DNA of 64,000 nucleotides from Bdellovibrionaceae bacterium UBA3535 (GTDB lineage: Bacteria; Bdellovibrionota; Bdellovibrionia; Bdellovibrionales; UBA840): NCBI GenBank assembly GCA_002376845.1, contig DFOS01000024.1:160819-224818 (forward strand), in the 5' to 3' direction. Shown here piece after piece: positions 20,077 to 30,275 of this stretch. Made by a program: the position numbers and the translations under genes. Under the pieces are notes generated by a model, which was given only the letters and a program-made list of their open reading frames with translations, searched no databases and was not told the DNA's origin. Position 1 is the stretch's first letter; every line of letters begins with the position of its first letter.

Positions 20077-21101
20077 TAGGACCACGCCTCTTTCACTTTA
20101 TCAGTTATCGATGTAAATTGCTCATCTGAGTAAAAGTATATGGAGATTTTGCCTTTTCCGGAAGAATAATCTACTTGAACCTTGGACCCGATCTTCTTTT
20201 GTAGATCCTCTGCAATGGATTCTGCTAATTGTTTCGACAAATCCTCTTTTTCTGAGCTTGGTTTTGGCGGCGTCTTTAGCTTTTTTACTTCCCTTTCCAG
20301 CTGGCGAACACTCCACTTCTTATTATAACACTGTTTGGCCAGTCGTTTTTGCTCCAAATCCCCTTCTAGAGACAACAAAACCTTTGCATGACCCTGCGAT
20401 ATTTCTCCGCGCATTAAACGCTGACGAACATTTGGGTGCAGCTGCAATAATCTTAATAAGTTTGTAACAGTAGCTCGCTCCTTACCCACTCTGCGCGCAA
20501 TTTCTTCCTGCGTAAGACCAAATTCTTTTTGCAATTGTGCATAGGCCTCTGCCTCTTCCACAGGATTTAGATCCGCTCTTTGCACATTTTCAATGATTGC
20601 CAACTCTAAAGAGCGTTTATCATCAATGTTTCGCAAAATAACTGGCACATCGTGAAGACCTGCCATTTGCGCGGCTCGCCAGCGCCGCTCACCAGAAACA
20701 ATCTCATAGCTTCCTTCGGCAAGCTTGCGGGCAACAATGGGCTGCAAAATGCCCTGCTCTTTTATAGAGTAAGACAATTCTTTTAATTTCTGCTCCTCAA
20801 ACTGCTGCCTTGGCTGGTTCTCATTGGCCTGCAATTTATCCACAGCAATTTTCCAAATCCTAGCTGCATCCGGGACCTTAGGCTGGGCAACTTCCGCCTG
20901 ACTATCCATTTTTGCCGCTTGCGCATGAAACTTCTTCTCTTGTTTTGGTTTTTCTTTGTTTTTTTCTACACTTACACTCTTCTTTGGCGCCGCTTGTTGT
21001 TCCGCGGCCGGCTCTTCTGAGTATCCACCAAGAAGACTATTCAAACCCCTGCCTAACCTAGAATTCTTTGTATTATTAGACACTTGCCTCTCCTTGACCA
21101 T
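20076..21101 (-). CDS. parB: Chromosome partitioning protein ParB
   Basis: LGRGL, GILQPIV, GERRWRA, ENVQRADLNPVEEA, HTH; true start may be GTG 21083. Confidence 0.97.
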   Translation of the reverse strand: MVKERQVSNNTKNSRLGRGLNSLLGGYSEEPAAEQQAAPKKSVSVEKNKEKPKQEKKFHAQAAKMDSQAEVAQPKVPDAARIWKIAVDKLQANENQPRQQFEEQKLKELSYSIKEQGILQPIVARKLAEGSYEIVSGERRWRAAQMAGLHDVPVILRNIDDKRSLELAIIENVQRADLNPVEEAEAYAQLQKEFGLTQEEIARRVGKERATVTNLLRLLQLHPNVRQRLMRGEISQGHAKVLLSLEGDLEQKRLAKQCYNKKWSVRQLEREVKKLKTPPKPSSEKEDLSKQLAESIAEDLQKKIGSKVQVDYSSGKGKISIYFYSDEQFTSITDKVKEAWS

Positions 21102-21897
21102 TCACTTCTACATTTGAGTAATCATGACTACCATAAACCTTTTCATCTAGCTCTTTGGCTAGCGCTAAATAGCGAGCTGCCCCAATGGATTTTGGGTCAT
21201 ATTCATTGATCGGCTGACCATAAGATGGCGCCTCACTCAAACGTACATTTCGAGGTATTATGGATTTAAAGACTTTGTCTTCAAAATGTGTCTTTATCTC
21301 CGATACTACTTGATGGGAAAGATTATTTCGCACATCAAACATTGTCAGAACAATTCCCTCAATTTTAAGATTTGGATTTAAGGACTTTTTGATCAAACCC
21401 GCCGTATTAAGAAGCTGGCTAAGACCCTCTAGAGCAAAGTACTCACATTGCAAGGGAACCAAAAACGAATTGGCAGCAGTCAGGGAATTTAATGTGATCA
21501 AACCTAAGGATGGCGGGCAATCAATTATAATATAATCATAATCAGATTCCACCACCTCTAAAGCATCTTTGAGCTTCATCTCTCGACGCTCTGCATCAAC
21601 AAGCTCAATCTCTGCTCCCACTAGATCTGGGGTTGCAGCTAGGATATCTAGGTCTTGATACGGCGTGTTCAAGACACATTCATCCACAGACTTTTCCCCA
21701 ATTAGTACCTGATAGACAGTTTTGTCTTGGTATTCATGCCGCTTCATACCCACTCCGCTTGAAGCATTTCCTTGCGGGTCCATGTCCACCAGCAAGACCT
21801 TTCGACCTAAGGAAGTAAGGCTGGATGATAAATTCACTGATGTTGTGGTTTTACCCACTCCTCCCTTTTGATTGGCTACACATATGATTCTTGCCAT
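21076..21897 (-). CDS. parA: Chromosome partitioning ATPase ParA/Soj
   Basis: NQKGGVGKTT, DPQGNAS, DCPPSLG, RLSEAPS. Confidence 0.98.
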   Translation of the reverse strand: MARIICVANQKGGVGKTTTSVNLSSSLTSLGRKVLLVDMDPQGNASSGVGMKRHEYQDKTVYQVLIGEKSVDECVLNTPYQDLDILAATPDLVGAEIELVDAERREMKLKDALEVVESDYDYIIIDCPPSLGLITLNSLTAANSFLVPLQCEYFALEGLSQLLNTAGLIKKSLNPNLKIEGIVLTMFDVRNNLSHQVVSEIKTHFEDKVFKSIIPRNVRLSEAPSYGQPINEYDPKSIGAARYLALAKELDEKVYGSHDYSNVEVNGQGEASV

Positions 21898-21908
21898 AAA
21901 TTCTCCCT

Positions 21909-21924
21909 AGTTCTACGTAGAACA
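21909..21924. promoter_or_regulatory. parS-like palindrome AGTTCTACGTAGAACA
   Basis: 14-bp perfect palindrome 12 bp upstream of parA; two positions differ from GTTCCACGTGGAAC. Confidence 0.75.
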
Positions 21925-21925
21925 C

Positions 21926-21953
21926 TTTAGTTTTGGATGATTTTTGCCGAAAA
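21926..21953 (+). promoter_or_regulatory. Sigma28 (FliA)-like promoter
   Basis: TTTAGTTT-N12-GCCGAAAA, 9 nt before ATG 21963. Confidence 0.5.
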
Positions 21954-21962
21954 CTACAACGT

Positions 21963-22391
21963 ATGAGAGTATTTATTAGAATTATAATTCTTTCAATCAT
22001 TTTTTGCGCTTGCCGCAAGCCTAATCCCAATCCGGAATTAAAAGACCCAATATACAAGGAATTGCAAGAACGCATGGCTGGCTACAAGAAAGATATTGAT
22101 TTTACTCTCAAGGAAAAAGAAAGGATTGAAAAATACATCTCCGAAACCCATCCACACGACCCCACATTACAAATGAAGCGAAAAACCTTACGAATGAACG
22201 ACAAAAACCATGAAAAAGCCAAGCAACAGTATATTTATACACAAATCGCCCTTGAAAACCGTAAAAAAGAGGTGCGAATTGAATATTTAGAGGCTTTTAA
22301 ACAGGGTAAAGAAGAAGAGTGGCAAAATAAGAACGAAATCTCGGCGAGAAAATCTCGAATGCAAAACAATAGCTTCCTAGAGCGTGAGTAG
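21963..22391 (+). CDS. Putative coiled-coil lipoprotein
   Basis: MRVFIRIIILSIIFCAC lipoprotein signal from ATG 21963; charged helical body. Confidence 0.8.
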   Translation: MRVFIRIIILSIIFCACRKPNPNPELKDPIYKELQERMAGYKKDIDFTLKEKERIEKYISETHPHDPTLQMKRKTLRMNDKNHEKAKQQYIYTQIALENRKKEVRIEYLEAFKQGKEEEWQNKNEISARKSRMQNNSFLERE

Positions 22392-22393
22392 TC

Positions 22394-22409
22394 AGTTCTA
22401 CGTAGAACT
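22394..22409. promoter_or_regulatory. parS-like palindrome AGTTCTACGTAGAACT
   Basis: Perfect 16-bp palindrome overlapping the mnmG stop codon; same core as the copy at 21910. Confidence 0.75.
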
Positions 22410-24305
22410 ATCTTGCCTACTCACATTATTCCTTGAGTAGTCATTTTTATGAGCTTTTAAATGGATCATCAACGACTGAATGGCCGAAGGATTAACTCCG
22501 CTGATACGCGAGGCTTGTCCGAGAGTGCGCGGCCGAATATTGGACAACTTTTCTTTTTCCTCCGTGGACAAGCCCTTAATATTGGAAAAGTCTATGTTTT
22601 TAGGAAGCTGCAATCCTTCTAATTTATTCGCTTGCCGGATTAGCTCCGATTGTCGGTCAATATAGCCCTCGTACTTAATGCGAATCTCTACCGGCTCCGT
22701 AACCTTTGGGTCTTCATGGATATCCAAACCAAACATATTCATATGATGGATATTCACCTCATGCCTACGCAAGAGAACCGATAGTGGGGTAGGATTTTTA
22801 ATATTCTGAGTAGGTATCTCAGCGAGGAGCTGAAACGTATCATTTTTGGGGTAAATTTTATTATTATTTAATGATTCCAATAACTTAGATCGGCTATCAA
22901 GAACTCCCTGTATAGTCTCTGCTTTTTTTTGACTAATCAAACTAAGACTGGTCGCTACATCATGTAACCTATCATAAGTATTGTCTTCTCGTAAAACTAG
23001 GCGATGTTCTGCTCGCGAAGTAAACATACGGTAAGGCTCTTTCGTTCCCTTGGTAATTAGGTCATCAATTAGCACGCCTATATATGCTTGATCACGACCC
23101 AGGATAAAAGCATCTTGATCGGCAAGTGTTCTTGCTGCATTGATTCCTGCTATCAGGCCTTGAGCAGCTGCTTCCTCGTAGCCACTGGTACCATTGATTT
23201 GCCCCGCCAAATACAAATTCTCGATAGCTTTTAGCTCCAGGCTATGACTTAGCTGTGTTGGCAGCACAAAATCATATTCTACGGCATATCCAGGACGAAC
23301 CATTTTTACTTCCTGCAAACCGGGAATGGTTCGTAAAAATTCATATTGCACATCCTCGGGCAGGGAAGTGGAAATGCCCTGCAAATAAATCAGCTCACTA
23401 TCAATGCCCTCCGGCTCCAAAAATGTTTGATGACTCAATTTATCAGAAAAGCGAGTTATTTTATCTTCAATGCTGGGACAATACCTCGGCCCCATACCCT
23501 GAATCTTACCGCTAAACATGGGAGACTTATCTAAATTGTTTTGAATGATTTCGTGAGTACGCTCATTGGTGTAAGAAAGATAACACGGAAGTTGCGGTAG
23601 GGGATTTAAGACATTGGAATGATAAGAAAAAGGATAAACTTTTTCATCCCCCCATTGTTCTTCTGTTTGCGAAAAATCAATGGAGGATTTTAGCAGGCGA
23701 GGAGGCGTTCCCGTTTTTAGTCTTCCCACCTCAATGCCCTCAGCGGCAAGCTGATCCGATATACCCGTAGAAGCTTTATCGCCCACACGGCCACCACTGA
23801 TTTGCTTATGTCCTATATGCATAATGGCATTCAAAAAAGTACCTGTTGTTATCACCACGGCTTGCGAAGATATTATGGATCCATCCGCCAAAACAACGCC
23901 TTGCACTTTGGAGCCTGATAATACTAGGCTTTTTACTTCCGCTTCCAATAAGTCCAAGTTTTCAAGGCGTGATAAAAAACGTTTCATATATTGGCAATAA
24001 CGATCCTTGTCTGCCTGAATTCGGCTACCTCTTACTGCTGGCCCACGATTGGCATTTAGGCGTTTGAATTGTACACTATTATGATCCGCACAAATTCCCA
24101 TTTCGCCGCCAAGTGCATCGATTTCTCGAACCATATGCCCTTTGGCCAAACCACCAATGGAAGGGTTGCAACTCATATAGCCAATTCTATTTAAATTCGT
24201 GGTTACCATTAGAGTTTTTCTGCCTAGGCGTGCTGCCGCATAGCTTGCCTCGATACCTGCATGGCCGGCACCAACAACCACAATGTCATAGTCATTACTT
24301 ACCAA
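22398..24305 (-). CDS. mnmG: tRNA uridine-5-carboxymethylaminomethyl modification enzyme MnmG/GidA
   Basis: [45 protein letters not shown]. Confidence 0.99.
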   Translation of the reverse strand: MVSNDYDIVVVGAGHAGIEASYAAARLGRKTLMVTTNLNRIGYMSCNPSIGGLAKGHMVREIDALGGEMGICADHNSVQFKRLNANRGPAVRGSRIQADKDRYCQYMKRFLSRLENLDLLEAEVKSLVLSGSKVQGVVLADGSIISSQAVVITTGTFLNAIMHIGHKQISGGRVGDKASTGISDQLAAEGIEVGRLKTGTPPRLLKSSIDFSQTEEQWGDEKVYPFSYHSNVLNPLPQLPCYLSYTNERTHEIIQNNLDKSPMFSGKIQGMGPRYCPSIEDKITRFSDKLSHQTFLEPEGIDSELIYLQGISTSLPEDVQYEFLRTIPGLQEVKMVRPGYAVEYDFVLPTQLSHSLELKAIENLYLAGQINGTSGYEEAAAQGLIAGINAARTLADQDAFILGRDQAYIGVLIDDLITKGTKEPYRMFTSRAEHRLVLREDNTYDRLHDVATSLSLISQKKAETIQGVLDSRSKLLESLNNNKIYPKNDTFQLLAEIPTQNIKNPTPLSVLLRRHEVNIHHMNMFGLDIHEDPKVTEPVEIRIKYEGYIDRQSELIRQANKLEGLQLPKNIDFSNIKGLSTEEKEKLSNIRPRTLGQASRISGVNPSAIQSLMIHLKAHKNDYSRNNVSRQDSST

Positions 24306-25632
24306 TGCAAAACTCCCTAAACACGCGATCCATTACTTCGTCATCAAATCGTTTACCGAAGATTTCGTAAACAGCCTGTAGCGCTTCTTGTAGCTCCAAA
24401 ACTACAAACTCCTGACTTGCATCATTTTTAATCATATCTAAGCTTTTCGCTACTTTTTCTCTTAAACTTGTAAAAAGCTCAAAATGTCTAGCCTGAAAAA
24501 CCACCGCCGCATCTTCTTGAAACTGCTCCGCCAAGCGCCTTTCAATGCTTTGACGGATCTTCTGAACGCTTTCATCAAAACTAGAAAAATGATTCTCAGT
24601 TAAAAGTGAACTTTGCCTTATGTCGGACTTTGATTGCCAAACTTCATAGTCTTTTGATTTTATCTGGGAATATATCCCTTCATCAAGCTCCACATCTTCG
24701 GGTGAGACCAAATACAAAATAAAATCTGCATTCTCAATGGCCCTTATGGATCTTTCCATTCCCATACGTTCAATTTCGTCTTCGCTAGCATGAATTCCCG
24801 CAGTATCCACTAAGTGCACTCGATAACCATTTACAATTAGATCTCCCTCAACTATATCGCGAGTTGTCCCAGCCTTTTCACTAACAATGGCTTTGTCTTC
24901 ATAAATTAAGGCATTTAAGAGAGAGCTTTTTCCAGCGTTTGGTTTACCAACTATCGCAACTTGAAAACCATCTTGTAGTAATTTTCCGTGTTCATACGTA
25001 GCCAAAATTCTATCTACTTCTGCAGCTACATGTTCTAATCGGCTTTGACAGGCCTCATAGTCCATAACCTCTATATCTTCTGTGGAAAAATCAATACTGG
25101 CTTCTAGATTTGCCAATACAAATGTAAGATCCTGCTCCATATTACTTAGTTGTTTAGACAGCGCCCCCTTTAATTGCCGAAGGGAAACTTGGGAAGCCAA
25201 TTTGCTACGGCTCTCAATCAAAGCAAGCACACCTTCTGCTTGTGTAAGATCGATTCTTTGATTCATAAATGCACGGTATGTAAACTCACCCCTTTGCGCC
25301 ATTCTACAACCAGCCAAAATTAAGTTCTTTAATATCTCTTGAGTTAGAATAGGGGACCCATGACAAGAAATTTCCACAACTTCATCGCCTGTGAATGACT
25401 TTCCTTTTTCAAAATAAGTAATCAAGACTTCATCTAAAGCTTCATTTGCAGAGACTGTTTTTAACGTGGAAAAATATACGTTATGAGATTGTATAGACTT
25501 TTTTAGACCAGGACATAGTTTGCGAACATATTCTAAAGCCTTAGAACCACTTACTCTTAGTACTGCGATCCCACCTATACCAGCGGGAGTCGCAACTGCA
25601 CATATGGTATCCTCTAAGGCGTAGTTCTTCAT
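24295..25632 (-). CDS. mnmE: tRNA modification GTPase MnmE/TrmE
   Basis: [28 protein letters not shown], terminal FCIGK. Confidence 0.99.
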   Translation of the reverse strand: MKNYALEDTICAVATPAGIGGIAVLRVSGSKALEYVRKLCPGLKKSIQSHNVYFSTLKTVSANEALDEVLITYFEKGKSFTGDEVVEISCHGSPILTQEILKNLILAGCRMAQRGEFTYRAFMNQRIDLTQAEGVLALIESRSKLASQVSLRQLKGALSKQLSNMEQDLTFVLANLEASIDFSTEDIEVMDYEACQSRLEHVAAEVDRILATYEHGKLLQDGFQVAIVGKPNAGKSSLLNALIYEDKAIVSEKAGTTRDIVEGDLIVNGYRVHLVDTAGIHASEDEIERMGMERSIRAIENADFILYLVSPEDVELDEGIYSQIKSKDYEVWQSKSDIRQSSLLTENHFSSFDESVQKIRQSIERRLAEQFQEDAAVVFQARHFELFTSLREKVAKSLDMIKNDASQEFVVLELQEALQAVYEIFGKRFDDEVMDRVFREFCIGK

Positions 25633-25634
25633 TA

Positions 25635-26204
25635 CTAAGCATTTTGGCGTTGATTATTATTTCTACCGCCACGTCTTCTTGGCTTTAAATCTGCTGGAAA
25701 TATTTTAATCTTTTTCTGATGACCATCACCAACTGATTTTGATTTTACGCGCTCGTCTTTTGCTAAATGCTGGTGAACCACCTTGCGGTCGCCAGGGGGT
25801 AAGGCGCGAAAATATACTGCCTTATGCTTATCTAAAGCAATACCCTTTAGCTTATCCGCCAAGTCAATTAGGTCATTTAAAGCGTCCTCTCTATAGCCAT
25901 CAGCATCAAACTGGATAGCCATTTTTGCATCTGGCAGTGCATGTTGCACACTACGTTTAACATAGGTTTGCATAGCATCTAAAAGCATAGCATCTTTATC
26001 TGTAAGACTTCCCACATCTTTGCCATGAAAATTGCAAATAATTTGATTCTCATCAAAAGAGATTTTGAAGTCTAAATCTAATTGCAAAAATTCAATTAAA
26101 GTCTCTACTTGGTTCTCAATAATATCTTCTGCTTGTAAAAACACATCACTAGGAGCTTGCGATGAACCACCACCAAATCCGAATATTTTTTTGATTAAAC
26201 TCAT
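25635..26204 (-). CDS. Jag/EloR-like KH-R3H protein (short form)
   Basis: DRKVVH R3H motif, SKSVG; canonical position between yidC and mnmE. Confidence 0.85.
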   Translation of the reverse strand: MSLIKKIFGFGGGSSQAPSDVFLQAEDIIENQVETLIEFLQLDLDFKISFDENQIICNFHGKDVGSLTDKDAMLLDAMQTYVKRSVQHALPDAKMAIQFDADGYREDALNDLIDLADKLKGIALDKHKAVYFRALPPGDRKVVHQHLAKDERVKSKSVGDGHQKKIKIFPADLKPRRRGGRNNNQRQNA

Positions 26205-26217
26205 TTTTTTCCTCCGT

Positions 26218-27774
26218 CTATACTGTTTTCATTAAGATTTTTTGTTGGATAACTGCAAATAATGTACTGATAAAAATATAAAGAGTTAGGCCACTAGGAA
26301 GAGCAACCATCATCAAAGAAAAAACTACTGGCAAAAACATCATCACTTTGGCTTGTGTTGGATCGAGCGCTGTGGGTGTAAACTTTTGCTGCAAGTACAT
26401 GGTGATACCCATTAAAACTGGCAATACAAAATATGGGTCTTTTAAACTAAGATCCTGTATCCAAAAAATAAATGGCGCTTGATACAATTCGATACTCTGA
26501 CCCAGTACTTGGTACAAAGCAAAAAATATCGGTAATTGAAGAAACATCGGCAAACATCCACCCATTGGGTTCGCCTTATTCTCCTTCATTACCGCCATTA
26601 CCTCTTGATTCATTTTCATCGGATCATCTTTATGTTTTTCGCGAATTTTTTGAATGATGGGCTGTATGACCTGCATCTTCTTCATAGATTTATAGGACAT
26701 AACATTAAAAGGCAAAACCGCCATACGCACCAGTATTGTCAGTACGATAATAGCAAAACCATAATTTCCCATTAAATCATACAAATAGACTAAAAGTCTT
26801 AAGATAGGCTTGGCAATTCCACTAAAAAAACCATAGTCCACCACCTCAGAAAAGCGCTCATCAACCATACCAACTATATTGAATTTTTTTGGACCAATAT
26901 AGGATTTATAGGTCATGGAGATATCTTCTTTGCTGGTTTTTGGGTAAATCAGTTTGGCTATGGTTTCTTTTGTATCTCCATTATAAAAAGCCCTCATATT
27001 TGGGATAAAATCTGAATAATCAATCAACGCGCGAGTAAAATAATGCGAAGACAAAGCAATAATGGAGGCCTTGGCGATATCTTGGTTCACCAGCTCATCT
27101 AGATGATATACCTCTCTTTCAACTTCATTGTTTGCATATACAAATATTTCTTGTTTTTCAAAACTTGGTTTGAATATGGACATATCCGGTTCTTCTTTTG
27201 TTATGTCCAATATGTAGTTTTCAACTTGGATATCCTGTTTACTTTTATTATGGATTTTAAGATTCGTCTGAATCGTATACTTATCCATATCGAGGTTATA
27301 AATCTTTTCTACCTTTATGTTTTCATCTTCATAGCTACCTAAAAATTCTGAAGAAGAAATCTTACGAATATCGAAATAAATATCTCTTTCATTGATGCGT
27401 GTTTCAAAATTCCGCAGGCTTTTGCCCTCGTAATATTTTATTCTTTCTTGCTGTCGATCCGTATAATTTTTAAGTACGATATCCTTTAACCCCATACCTT
27501 TACTGGAAATTTGAAAAGACATAGTATTATTATCAACATCCATAAAGGATTCTTCTTGTTTGCTAATGGTTTTTGTTTCTAAATTACCAGTTTTTTCTAC
27601 TTCCATGGCCTCTGCTACAGTATCACTTTTGTTTTGTGATTCCGCTGTTTGTACTGGCTTTGTATTCGCTGGTGGCTTAGGTTGAAAATAGTTTCCCCAA
27701 GCAACCCAAATTAATAAAATTAGAATGGTCGCGATGACCGTATTTTTATCCATGAAGCTTTGATTATTTTGCAT
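26218..27774 (-). CDS. yidC: Membrane protein insertase YidC
   Basis: NYGFAIIVLTILVR, NPMGGCLP, WIQDLSLKDPYF, PSGLTLY. Confidence 0.98.
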   Translation of the reverse strand: MQNNQSFMDKNTVIATILILLIWVAWGNYFQPKPPANTKPVQTAESQNKSDTVAEAMEVEKTGNLETKTISKQEESFMDVDNNTMSFQISSKGMGLKDIVLKNYTDRQQERIKYYEGKSLRNFETRINERDIYFDIRKISSSEFLGSYEDENIKVEKIYNLDMDKYTIQTNLKIHNKSKQDIQVENYILDITKEEPDMSIFKPSFEKQEIFVYANNEVEREVYHLDELVNQDIAKASIIALSSHYFTRALIDYSDFIPNMRAFYNGDTKETIAKLIYPKTSKEDISMTYKSYIGPKKFNIVGMVDERFSEVVDYGFFSGIAKPILRLLVYLYDLMGNYGFAIIVLTILVRMAVLPFNVMSYKSMKKMQVIQPIIQKIREKHKDDPMKMNQEVMAVMKENKANPMGGCLPMFLQLPIFFALYQVLGQSIELYQAPFIFWIQDLSLKDPYFVLPVLMGITMYLQQKFTPTALDPTQAKVMMFLPVVFSLMMVALPSGLTLYIFISTLFAVIQQKILMKTV

Positions 27775-28015
27775 TCTTTTTCCTTTCCAGATGAGGAACT
27801 AAATCAATTCCATGTGGGCCCAAGGGCTGGCATTTTAAAAGCCGTAGAATCACCAAATAGCTTGCTTTAAAAAAGGGTAGTTCTTTGTATGCTTGTTGGG
27901 CGTAGACCGAGCAAGATGGATAAAAGCGACATCTCCCACCAAAAAACGAGGAAAACACTGTCCTATATATAGAAAGTAAAATTAATGCCAAAAAATTTAA
28001 TGGATTTTTTTCCAT
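27764..28015 (-). CDS. yidD: Membrane protein insertion efficiency factor YidD
   Basis: CRFYPSCSVY, RLLKCQP, GIDLVP. Confidence 0.95.
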   Translation of the reverse strand: MEKNPLNFLALILLSIYRTVFSSFFGGRCRFYPSCSVYAQQAYKELPFFKASYLVILRLLKCQPLGPHGIDLVPHLERKKNAK

Positions 28016-28338
28016 GCCTTTTCCAGAGTCTCGTCAAAATCTTTTCTACTTACTTGCTTGTAAAACGAGCCCTTCATGGGAAGTAAAATTATATGGAAAT
28101 CGAAGGTTTTCTTGCTTGATTTGTAGCGAAAAAATTCTCTAAGCCAGCGTTTTAATCGGTTTCTAACAACCGAATTGCCCACTTTTTTTGACAGGGACCA
28201 ACCAAAACGATTCGTAAGTTCTTGATTTTCCTTGTACTTTAATAATAACCAGGGCTTTATTCGGATGCTTTTGCCAGATTCAGCTAGGTTTTGAAAATCG
28301 GATTTCCGCCGAAGAGCATAAATCCTATTATTTCCCAC
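27997..28338 (-). CDS. rnpA: Ribonuclease P protein component
   Basis: [25 protein letters not shown]. Confidence 0.96.
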   Translation of the reverse strand: MGNNRIYALRRKSDFQNLAESGKSIRIKPWLLLKYKENQELTNRFGWSLSKKVGNSVVRNRLKRWLREFFRYKSSKKTFDFHIILLPMKGSFYKQVSRKDFDETLEKAWKKIH

Positions 28339-28477
28339 CTACACTAACCGCTAATCTCTTGCGTCCCTTTGCTCTTCTACGACTGAGCACATCTCGACCA
28401 CTTTTTGTAGCCATACGGGCACGAAAACCATGAGAATTCTTACGTTTTCTGCGACTTGGCTGATATGTTCTTTTCAT
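28328..28477 (-). CDS. rpmH: 50S ribosomal protein L34
   Basis: Below track cutoff; manual translation [49 protein letters not shown], with an AGGAG SD. Confidence 0.98.
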   Translation of the reverse strand: MKRTYQPSRRKRKNSHGFRARMATKSGRDVLSRRRAKGRKRLAVSVGGK

Positions 28478-28622
28478 GCTAACTCCTTAATACGACAACT
28501 ACTCACGTCTTTATTCCAAAATACGAGTTGCGTAAATAAACATCATGCATCCAGTAAAGTCAAGTGGTTGAAATATATCTAAATCTATTGTTATATCCCG
28601 TTAGCTAAAACGGGCGGGATTC

Positions 28623-30059
28623 GTGCAAACTATTATAAATGATGAAAATACTATAAATACATTCTCGGATCAGAATTTCTGGCAACAAGTGAAGCATAAT
28701 CTGACGCAAAAAAATGCCAGTAATAAATTATTACAAACCTGGTTTGAGCCAACGGTCTTGGTTGAAACCATTAATAAGGATCAGGGGAAATGCTTTCGAT
28801 TGGGAGTACCCAATGAACTCCATAAATATTGGATTCAAGAAAATTTTCTAGATAAAATTTCTGAGGAAATCTCGAATTTATACTCAAAGCCATTTTTATT
28901 GGAGCTTGTGGTTACCAACGAACAATTGGCTTACTCACAAAACGTGGAATCACAAGACACTCTGTTTAAAGAGCAGGTGCACCATAAAGAAACACAAGAA
29001 ACAGGCGGTATTTCTAAGCGCTTTGCCAATCTTAATCCCGACTATTTATTTAATACTTTTGTGGTGGGACGTAATAACGAATTTGCCCATGCAGCTTGTT
29101 ACAACATTGCTGACAATCCTGGCAAACAATTGGAATACAACCCTCTATTTATATGTGGTCCTACTGGCATGGGTAAAACCCATTTGTTGAATGCCGTGGG
29201 TAACCATATTCTACAAAGATATCCACAATTAAAAATTAATTATTTTTCCGCTGAGCGCTTTTTAAATGAATGTATTAATGCCATCCGTTTTAAAGATATG
29301 GATCGCTTTCGCAAAAACTATCGAGAAGGCTACGACATTCTTTTGGTCGATGATGTCCAAATTCTGGGCAGAGGTGAGTCGGTACAAGAAGAATTCTTCT
29401 ATCTACTCGATCATTTTATTGGGCAAAACAAGCAGGTGGTTGTTGCCTCTGATAGAATGCCTAAGGATATTCATGGATTGGCTGATAGAATCCGCACACG
29501 TTTGGAGTGGGGGGTAATCGCCGACATCCAAATGCCTGATTATGAAACAAGAGTTGCGATATTGCGCTATAAAGCAGAGCAAAGACAAATCAAATTGCCC
29601 GAGGACGTAATCCACTTTATCGCTAAAATCTCCAAACGCTCCATACGGGAATTAGAAGGTAATTTAAATAAGTTAAAAATGTATACAGAACTACAAGGAC
29701 TGCCCATCGGCTATGATTTGGCTAGGCAAGTTTTGAGTACTCACAATATTGAAGGCAATGCTTTGACTATTCAGGATATCCAAAAACTTGTCGCGGATCA
29801 CTTTAATGTCCGTATTAATGATTTAAAGTCCTCCAACCGCAGCAAACCTTTGGTTACAGCAAGACAGGTATCCATGTTTTTGGTGAAAAATCATATGGAC
29901 AAATCATTGCAGGATATTGGACGCGCTTTTGGCGGCAAAGATCACTCCACCGTGATCAATGCCATCCGAAAAATCAACTCTCAACTAGAGAAAAATTTGG
30001 ATTTAAGAAAAGATATCGAAGAGTTAGAAACCAGAATTCACAATTTAACAGGGGTGTGA
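28623..30059 (+). CDS. dnaA: Chromosomal replication initiator DnaA
   Basis: YNPLFICGPTGMGKTHL, QEEFF, RELEG, GGKDHSTV. Confidence 0.99.
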   Translation: MQTIINDENTINTFSDQNFWQQVKHNLTQKNASNKLLQTWFEPTVLVETINKDQGKCFRLGVPNELHKYWIQENFLDKISEEISNLYSKPFLLELVVTNEQLAYSQNVESQDTLFKEQVHHKETQETGGISKRFANLNPDYLFNTFVVGRNNEFAHAACYNIADNPGKQLEYNPLFICGPTGMGKTHLLNAVGNHILQRYPQLKINYFSAERFLNECINAIRFKDMDRFRKNYREGYDILLVDDVQILGRGESVQEEFFYLLDHFIGQNKQVVVASDRMPKDIHGLADRIRTRLEWGVIADIQMPDYETRVAILRYKAEQRQIKLPEDVIHFIAKISKRSIRELEGNLNKLKMYTELQGLPIGYDLARQVLSTHNIEGNALTIQDIQKLVADHFNVRINDLKSSNRSKPLVTARQVSMFLVKNHMDKSLQDIGRAFGGKDHSTVINAIRKINSQLEKNLDLRKDIEELETRIHNLTGV

Positions 30060-30275
30060 ATGTTGATCGTGGATAAAGTAGTGGAAAAGCTAGTGTACAT
30101 ACTTGTTAGTTGCGTTAACCACAATATCCACGGTTTTTATCACATTTTAGATAACAGAGTTTTTTTAAAAAAATATTTTAATATTAGTAGTTTAGCGACT
30201 TATCCAGATATTCACACACCTACTACTACTACTAGTATATATATATAGAAAGTAATAGAAATAAGGGATGTATAA
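30060..30275. other. Replication origin oriC
   Basis: dnaA-dnaN intergenic region; DnaA-box-like 9-mers at 30068 (CGTGGATAA), 30080, 30115 (TTAACCACA), 30124, 30200 (TTATCCAGA), 30208; TAC repeats at 30221-30234 followed by an alternating TA tract; gene orientation diverges around this region. Confidence 0.9.

Noticed and set aside
21909-22409. The two identical palindromes as target-site duplication or IS ends
   Set aside because: The enclosed gene is a lipoprotein, not a transposase, and the repeats resemble parS next to parAB
30221-30247. TAC and TA microsatellite as a phase-variation or CRISPR-like repeat
   Set aside because: Intergenic, has no spacers, and its position fits DnaA-trios and the unwinding element
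30060-30248. 62-aa ORF between dnaA and dnaN
   Set aside because: It is the translation of DnaA boxes and trio repeats (VDK, TTTT); the region is better explained as oriC
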